A stretch of 32,000 nt of DNA from Desulfotalea psychrophila LSv54 (GTDB lineage Bacteria; Desulfobacterota; Desulfobulbia; Desulfobulbales; Desulfocapsaceae). This document shows positions 27,034 to 32,000 of this stretch, piece after piece (within the stretch, counting starts at the first letter, position 1; every line of letters begins with the position of its first letter). A model generated the notes under the pieces. The model ran no database searches. It had not been told where the DNA came from and saw only the letters and a program-made list of their open reading frames with translations. Position numbers and translations under genes: made by a program. The stretch is from NCBI RefSeq assembly GCF_000025945.1, contig NC_006138.1:2550001-2582000 (forward strand), in the 5' to 3' direction.

Positions 27034-29007
27034 TTACTCTTCTCCTTGCAGCTCATGACCCTTTGTCAGGACAATTCTGTACTTATCTATCTTTCTGTAG
27101 AGTGTCGGACGGGAAATGCCAAGAGACTGAGCTGTTTTGCTGATATTATTATCAAAAAAGGCAAGGGTCTCCGTGATAATTTGTGACTCCACCTCCTCCA
27201 GGGTCTGCGTGCCCACCACTTTAACCACCTCTTTATTGGTATTAGAAAAGAGATCACTAATGGCAAAGTGCTCCGGGAGAAGAACACCGTCTTCTGCCAA
27301 GTAGATGGCACGTTCCGTGGCGCTTTCCAGCTGACGGATATTGCCGGGCCAGCTGTACTTACTGATAGCCAGACGCGTTTGACTGGGGAGGACCTGTTTG
27401 CGACGATCGAATTTTATTATATGCCTATCTATGAAATACTGAACTAACTTAAGAATATCACCCTGACGTTCTCTCAGGGGTGGAATATTTATCCTCAGGG
27501 TACTGATACGGTAATAAAGATCTGCCCTAAACTGTTGAACATCAATCATTTTCTTCAGATCTTTATGGGTTGCAGAGATGATCCTCAGATTCACAGGGAT
27601 AGTACGTAGTCCACCTACTCGTTGTATTTCTCCAAACTGAAGCACTCGCAGGAGTTTAACCTGCATTTCAAAGGGCATATCGCCTATTTCATCAAGAAAG
27701 AGGGTGCCGTTATTGGCAAGTTCTATCTTGCCCGGTCTGCCACCCTTTTGCGCCCCGGTAAAAGCCCCCTCCTCATAACCGAAAAGCTCACTCTCCAAGA
27801 GCTCTTTGGGGATGGCCCCACAGTTGATAGCAACAAAGGAGCCATTTTTATGTTCGCTTGCATTGTGAATTGCCTGGGCAAAAAGCTCTTTACCCGTTCC
27901 GGTTTCCCCATAAAGAAGCACCGAGGCAGTATTCTTTGCGGAAATACGGGCAAGGTGGAGGGCTGATTTAAGTGCGGGACTGTCGCCAAGGATAGAATCA
28001 AAGGTAAATGGGGCCTGAGTACCGATCAGTTTAACTGCTCGGCGCAACGCTTCATTTTTTTCAACAAAGGTAAAGATTCCCCCCACAAGTTGCTCCTCCT
28101 CCAGTCGTATAGGGTCAAGAGAGGCAAAATAGCTCACCCCCGTTTTTTTGGAGACAATTTCCCGGGCTCGAAATCCTCTCCCCCGCTCCAGACAATCAGC
28201 AATATTCAGACTATTGCCGATATAGGTAGTGAGTAAATTATCCCTTGCATCTGCCTTTATGGCCAGGAGATTACGGGCCTTGTGGTTTGTTTGGACAATA
28301 TTTCCCTGTTGGTCAACGGTCACTATTCCAGATGATTTAGACTCAATAATTGCCGTCATATATTGATTCTTTATGGCAATTTCTTGCTGTTTTTCAAGAG
28401 ATTGAAGTCTGGATCTTATGTTTTTAGAAGCCTGGCTAACAAGACCTATAGTATGGACATGCATGTTTTCTGAATAGCCACTCAAACAGATGACCCCCAA
28501 AAGTTCCTTACCATCGGGAGAAAAGATGGGGGAGCTGGCATTGCTAATTTTTTTTGCCGTAGTAGCATACATCTGAGTACCCGGCAGAAAAATACTGATC
28601 TTTTCAAGCAGAGTCAGACCAATTGCACAGGTGCCAACATCCTTTTCTGTCCAGCGATACCTGGGAATGCAACGTCTATGGGCAAAATGGGCCTGAAGAT
28701 CAGGATCGCCCACCAGATAAAGGATATAGCCCTCATTGTCGGTAAAGATCATGCAAAACCCCGTTCCCTTCAGCAGGTCGTAGAGGTTTTCTAACTGTTC
28801 TTTGGTGGTATCATAAAAAAGCTGTTGCTTCTTTATTCGCTGCCTGAAAGCCTGCTCCGTTAGCTTGGTGCTTTCAGGAGAGCCATCTACCTGAGGGGTA
28901 ATATTATATTTTTTAGATCGTTTGAACGAGGCATCAATTATTTTTTGCAGTTTTTCGTGGTTGGGCAGTTCTGAGATCATGGCATTAATTGTATTGTTTC
29001 GCAACAC
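27034..29007 (-). CDS. Sigma-54-dependent transcriptional activator with N-terminal GAF-like sensor and PAS-like domain (AcoR-like)
   Basis: RYRWTEKDVGTCAIGLTLLE...TAIIESKSSGIVTVDQQGNIVQTN...LLYGETGTGKELFAQAIHNAS...YEEGAFTGAQKGG...SISRPTLYRKIDKY. An in-frame ATG at 28980 is an alternative start. Confidence 0.92.
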   Translation of the reverse strand: MLRNNTINAMISELPNHEKLQKIIDASFKRSKKYNITPQVDGSPESTKLTEQAFRQRIKKQQLFYDTTKEQLENLYDLLKGTGFCMIFTDNEGYILYLVGDPDLQAHFAHRRCIPRYRWTEKDVGTCAIGLTLLEKISIFLPGTQMYATTAKKISNASSPIFSPDGKELLGVICLSGYSENMHVHTIGLVSQASKNIRSRLQSLEKQQEIAIKNQYMTAIIESKSSGIVTVDQQGNIVQTNHKARNLLAIKADARDNLLTTYIGNSLNIADCLERGRGFRAREIVSKKTGVSYFASLDPIRLEEEQLVGGIFTFVEKNEALRRAVKLIGTQAPFTFDSILGDSPALKSALHLARISAKNTASVLLYGETGTGKELFAQAIHNASEHKNGSFVAINCGAIPKELLESELFGYEEGAFTGAQKGGRPGKIELANNGTLFLDEIGDMPFEMQVKLLRVLQFGEIQRVGGLRTIPVNLRIISATHKDLKKMIDVQQFRADLYYRISTLRINIPPLRERQGDILKLVQYFIDRHIIKFDRRKQVLPSQTRLAISKYSWPGNIRQLESATERAIYLAEDGVLLPEHFAISDLFSNTNKEVVKVVGTQTLEEVESQIITETLAFFDNNISKTAQSLGISRPTLYRKIDKYRIVLTKGHELQGEE

Positions 29008-29098
29008 TGTAAAGAAAGGGCACAGTGGGCATTATCGTTTTGTTTCTGCTTTCAAAATCAAACAGAGAGAGAGAAATGTCTTTAGCGCTACATACATT

Positions 29099-29117
29099 AT
29101 GTAACATATTGTTACAT
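29099..29117. promoter_or_regulatory. Palindromic candidate operator/UAS in the divergent gap
   Basis: ATGTAACA-TAT-TGTTACAT: 8-bp perfect arms, 3-nt spacer. Confidence 0.55.
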
Positions 29118-29182
29118 GTCAAGCAGAAGGATAATTTCTCACCATCCTTTACCAGACCCCAAAAGAACTTTATTTGCGATAG

Positions 29183-29198
29183 TGGTCTGGAAAATGCA
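29183..29198 (+). promoter_or_regulatory. Putative sigma-54 (-24/-12) promoter for the RidA-family gene
   Basis: TGG-TCTGGAAAAT-GCA: GG-N10-GC spacing, centred about 76-90 bp downstream of the palindrome. Confidence 0.45.
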
Positions 29199-29273
29199 TC
29201 GTTTTTTATGACTTCCCGTAGAAGCTTTTGGAAAAAGTCAGTAATGAAAGTTTAACAAATAAGAGAGGATGAG

Positions 29274-29627
29274 ATGATAGAAAGAATTGAAACAAGTGAA
29301 CGTATGAGCAAGGTGGTAATCCATAACGGCCTTGCCTATCTTTGTGGTCAGGTCTGTGCTGATAGTAGTGAGCCCGTTGAGCAACAAACAGAGAGTACTC
29401 TTGCCCGGGTTGATGCCCTTTTACAAACAGCGGGCAGTGATCGGGAACACATACTCAATGCAACAATTTATCTTCGTGACATGAAGGATTTTGCAGAGAT
29501 GAATAAGGTTTGGGATAACTGGGTGCCAAGGAGATCTGCTCCAGCCAGAGCCTGTGTTGAGGCGCGACTTGCCCGCCCTGAGCTACTTGTTGAAGTATCC
29601 GTTGTTGCCGCAGTTATTGCCAAATAG
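29274..29627 (+). CDS. RidA/YjgF/YER057c/UK114 family protein
   Basis: [14 protein letters not shown]...[75 protein letters not shown]. Confidence 0.93.
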   Translation: MIERIETSERMSKVVIHNGLAYLCGQVCADSSEPVEQQTESTLARVDALLQTAGSDREHILNATIYLRDMKDFAEMNKVWDNWVPRRSAPARACVEARLARPELLVEVSVVAAVIAK

Positions 29628-29657
29628 TTTCTAGATGTTCAGGCTGTTCCAACCCTG

Positions 29658-29693
29658 AAAGTCCTCACCAGCGTATTAGCTGGTGAGGACTTT
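29658..29693. terminator. Intrinsic terminator between convergent RidA-family gene and tctC
   Basis: 15-bp perfect stem AAAGTCCTCACCAGC-gtatta-GCTGGTGAGGACTTT followed by TGTTTT. Confidence 0.88.
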
Positions 29694-29734
29694 TGTTTTC
29701 CACGCCGCCATTTGCAATGAAGCAAAGGGGAGTC

Positions 29735-30703
29735 TTATTTCTTCATCTTAGCAGCTTCGTCATGCATCTTAGCAGCTTCATCATGCATCATATTGTAGGT
29801 GACCTTCATCTCGTCAATCCACTCCTGACCACTGCGGTAATCTACCACGGCGTTCATGTTTTTGAATGCCTGTCGTACCTTAGGATCTTTCATCGCCTTC
29901 TCTGTAGCGGCAACAAGTTTTTCAACTACCTCGGCTGGAACACCCTTAGGGGCAAAAATACCGGACCATCCCTCGAAATCACCCTTTACCCCGAACTCAG
30001 CAAAGGTAGGTACACCTGGAAAGTCGTCCATTTTATTGTTCATGGCAAGGGCTCTGGCACGACCGGATTTAACGTGAGGACCAAAGGCAGGCGGAAAAGC
30101 TACGGCAGAATCAATATGCCCACCAATTACAGATACCATGGAGGCAGCGCCACTGTTCGCGTGTACATAGGTAACCTTATAATCGAGCTGGCCGGCAATC
30201 ATGTTAGCAAGGATGGTCGCGGAAGAGGCTGCACCCCAAGAGCCTTGAGTTACCTTTCCTGCCTGAGCGCCAGCAACGAACTCCGGCAGAGTTTTATAAG
30301 GACTGTCTGCAGGGACAACGATTGCCAGAGGGACAGAGGTCATTTTGATAATAGGAGTAAAGCTATCAAAATCGTAGGGGGTCTTGCTAAAGTTCGGAGT
30401 AACAAGCACGTTACTGAGACCAACATTAAGCAGGGTATAACCATCATTTTTAGAGTTTGCCACAAAGGCGCTACCCATAATGCCACCACCACCGGCCTTA
30501 TTAATAACTACAACTGGAGTACCAAGTTCTTTTTCTATTGCGTTAGCCCATACACGGGTAGAGAGATCAGAATCGCCGCCGGCACTCCAGGGAACGATGA
30601 CCTTAATAGGTTTTGTTGGATATTCAGCAAAAGCTGATGCAGCTGTTAAAGAGATGGTCAGAGTTGTGGCAATTGCTACAAGTGATTTTCCAAAGCGTTT
30701 CAT
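29735..30703 (-). CDS. tctC: Tripartite tricarboxylate transporter substrate-binding protein (TctC/Bug family)
   Basis: Signal peptide, then YPTKPIKVIVPWSAGGDSDLSTRVWANAIEKELGTPVVVINKAGGGGIMGSAFVANSKNDGYTLL. Confidence 0.93.
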   Translation of the reverse strand: MKRFGKSLVAIATTLTISLTAASAFAEYPTKPIKVIVPWSAGGDSDLSTRVWANAIEKELGTPVVVINKAGGGGIMGSAFVANSKNDGYTLLNVGLSNVLVTPNFSKTPYDFDSFTPIIKMTSVPLAIVVPADSPYKTLPEFVAGAQAGKVTQGSWGAASSATILANMIAGQLDYKVTYVHANSGAASMVSVIGGHIDSAVAFPPAFGPHVKSGRARALAMNNKMDDFPGVPTFAEFGVKGDFEGWSGIFAPKGVPAEVVEKLVAATEKAMKDPKVRQAFKNMNAVVDYRSGQEWIDEMKVTYNMMHDEAAKMHDEAAKMKK

Positions 30704-30826
30704 AAAAACTCCTCAATAAATATTTTAACACAGGGCAGAGACCTCTCTACCAAAAATATGTCAACAACATGGCAAGACTGGTTCTCTGCTGATCTGACCA
30801 GTTGTTGACATAGGAAAACGCAACAT

Positions 30827-32000
30827 TTAGGCGGGTACCTCGACACCCTCATCTACTTCTATCGCCTTTTTAAGGGCTGCTCTGGCGGCTTCTTTCTTAC
30901 GTTGACGCAGGGTGCTATATACGGAGAAAGCTGCCAATGCGGTGAATATCCACGAAAATGGTGAGGCAAAGAACAGGTGGTACTCTGTGCCGACAATGGC
31001 CACAGCCTGATCAAGGTTTTGCTCTAAAAACGGGGTAAGGATAACGCCGATGATAAAGGCCGCAGGATTCAGTCCTGTCAGGCGCATCCCATATCCAAAC
31101 AGGGTAAAGAGGATGAGAACAAACACATCGTTAATATCCTGATTTACAGTAAAAGAACCTGCAAAGGCGAAAATGGTAACGCATGGGAAGATGTAGCTAC
31201 GTGGAACAGAGGCTACTCTTGTCCAGAAACGAAATCCCGATTTAGCAATAACAAGCAGGAAGAGATCTGTTATAAGAAAACCTGCAAAGATCGAGTAAAT
31301 CACACTGGTGTGTTCGAAGAAAATGGTTGGCCCGGGAGTGATACCCTGAATGAGGAAGGCACCCATGAGCAGAGCAGCTACGTCATCACCGGGAATACCC
31401 AGGGTGAGCATGGGTATCATGGTGGCACCACATACTGCATTATTGGCAGATTCTGCGGCGGCAATACCACGGATAGAGCCCTTACCAAATTTCTCAGGAT
31501 TCTTGGCGCATCGTTTTGCCTCACCGTAGGCAAGAAAGGCTGCAGTACTTGAGCCAAGACCGGGCAGAGAGCCAATAAAGGTTCCAATTCCTGATGATTT
31601 AAGGATGGTGCCCAGGACAGATTTGTACTCCTTCCAGCTTATACGATTATCCGCCGGAATGGTTGACTTCATAAGTCTCATCTGGGCATCTGGGTCCTTA
31701 CGATTTCTAATGGCCTTAATAACCTCAGGCATAACGAGTACACCGATGAGCATGGGCATAAAGGTAAAGCCATTCAGCAACTCCGGAACACCAAAGGTAA
31801 AACGGGAGGCACCGGTGATGGGAGACATACCCACCATAGCCACAAACATACCCAGGCAACAGGAGAGGAGTCCACGAGCAACAGACTCTCCTGTAATAGA
31901 ACCAATAACAGTAAAGGCAAAGAGCAGGAGGAATACACGTTCAATGGGCCCTGCCTGCAAAGAGATCACTGAAATAGGCGCTGCCACAAAGATCAGAACA
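30827..32000 (-). CDS. tctA: Tripartite tricarboxylate transporter permease TctA, 5' end outside window
   Basis: GLLSCCLGMFVAMVGMSPITGASRFTFG...GIGTFIGSLPGLGSSTAAFLAYGEAKR...GIRGIAAAESANNAVCGATMIPMLTLGIPGDDVAALLMGAF. The frame stays open to the window edge. Confidence 0.93.
   Translation of the reverse strand, partial: VLIFVAAPISVISLQAGPIERVFLLLFAFTVIGSITGESVARGLLSCCLGMFVAMVGMSPITGASRFTFGVPELLNGFTFMPMLIGVLVMPEVIKAIRNRKDPDAQMRLMKSTIPADNRISWKEYKSVLGTILKSSGIGTFIGSLPGLGSSTAAFLAYGEAKRCAKNPEKFGKGSIRGIAAAESANNAVCGATMIPMLTLGIPGDDVAALLMGAFLIQGITPGPTIFFEHTSVIYSIFAGFLITDLFLLVIAKSGFRFWTRVASVPRSYIFPCVTIFAFAGSFTVNQDINDVFVLILFTLFGYGMRLTGLNPAAFIIGVILTPFLEQNLDQAVAIVGTEYHLFFASPFSWIFTALAAFSVYSTLRQRKKEAARAALKKAIEVDEGVEVPA

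Noticed and set aside
29693-30637. 314-aa plus-strand ORF antisense to tctC
   Set aside because: TctC is clearly encoded on the minus strand with a signal peptide. The plus ORF spans the terminator and has no family features.
1-32000. CRISPR arrays, tRNA or rRNA genes
   Set aside because: No regularly spaced repeats and no cloverleaf or rRNA-like sequence were recognised while reading. tRNAscan-SE and a repeat finder would be needed for certainty.

Overview
This 32 kb window is mostly ordinary chromosomal housekeeping DNA. Gene content and style suggest a sulfate-reducing delta-proteobacterium of the Desulfotalea/Desulfobulbaceae type, but that is inference only. In order, the supported content is: rsmJ (5'-truncated by the window), rlmH, a YkgJ-type Cys-cluster protein, YqgE/AlgH, a WaaE-like family 2 glycosyltransferase, rmlB-rmlA-rmlD-rmlC, a GT4 glycosyltransferase, an ELM1-like protein, a PilB/GspE-like ATPase with a C-terminal cyclic-nucleotide-binding-like domain, fhs, thyX, nifS, nifU, a phosphohexomutase, a Trm112-like protein, proC, nadK, an NtrC-type response regulator and a PHP-domain protein. 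After these comes a small accessory patch (22.7-24.35 kb), then a glutamate-synthase-domain protein, map, a sigma-54 activator divergent from a RidA-family gene, and tctC/tctA. No CRISPR array, transposase, tRNA or rRNA was recognised, and I found no clear new multi-gene defence or mobile system. The items most worth checking are: (i) rmlB reads through two in-frame TGA codons with homology in the same frame throughout; (ii) fhs has an apparent 1-nt deletion next to its well-supported start; (iii) a ~125-bp promoter/leader-like sequence is duplicated at 22.74 and 24.21 kb, flanking a decayed paralogue of the small HHH lipoprotein; (iv) the pilus/secretion ATPase carries a cNMP-like domain; (v) a palindrome plus a -24/-12-like site lies between the sigma-54 activator and the RidA gene.
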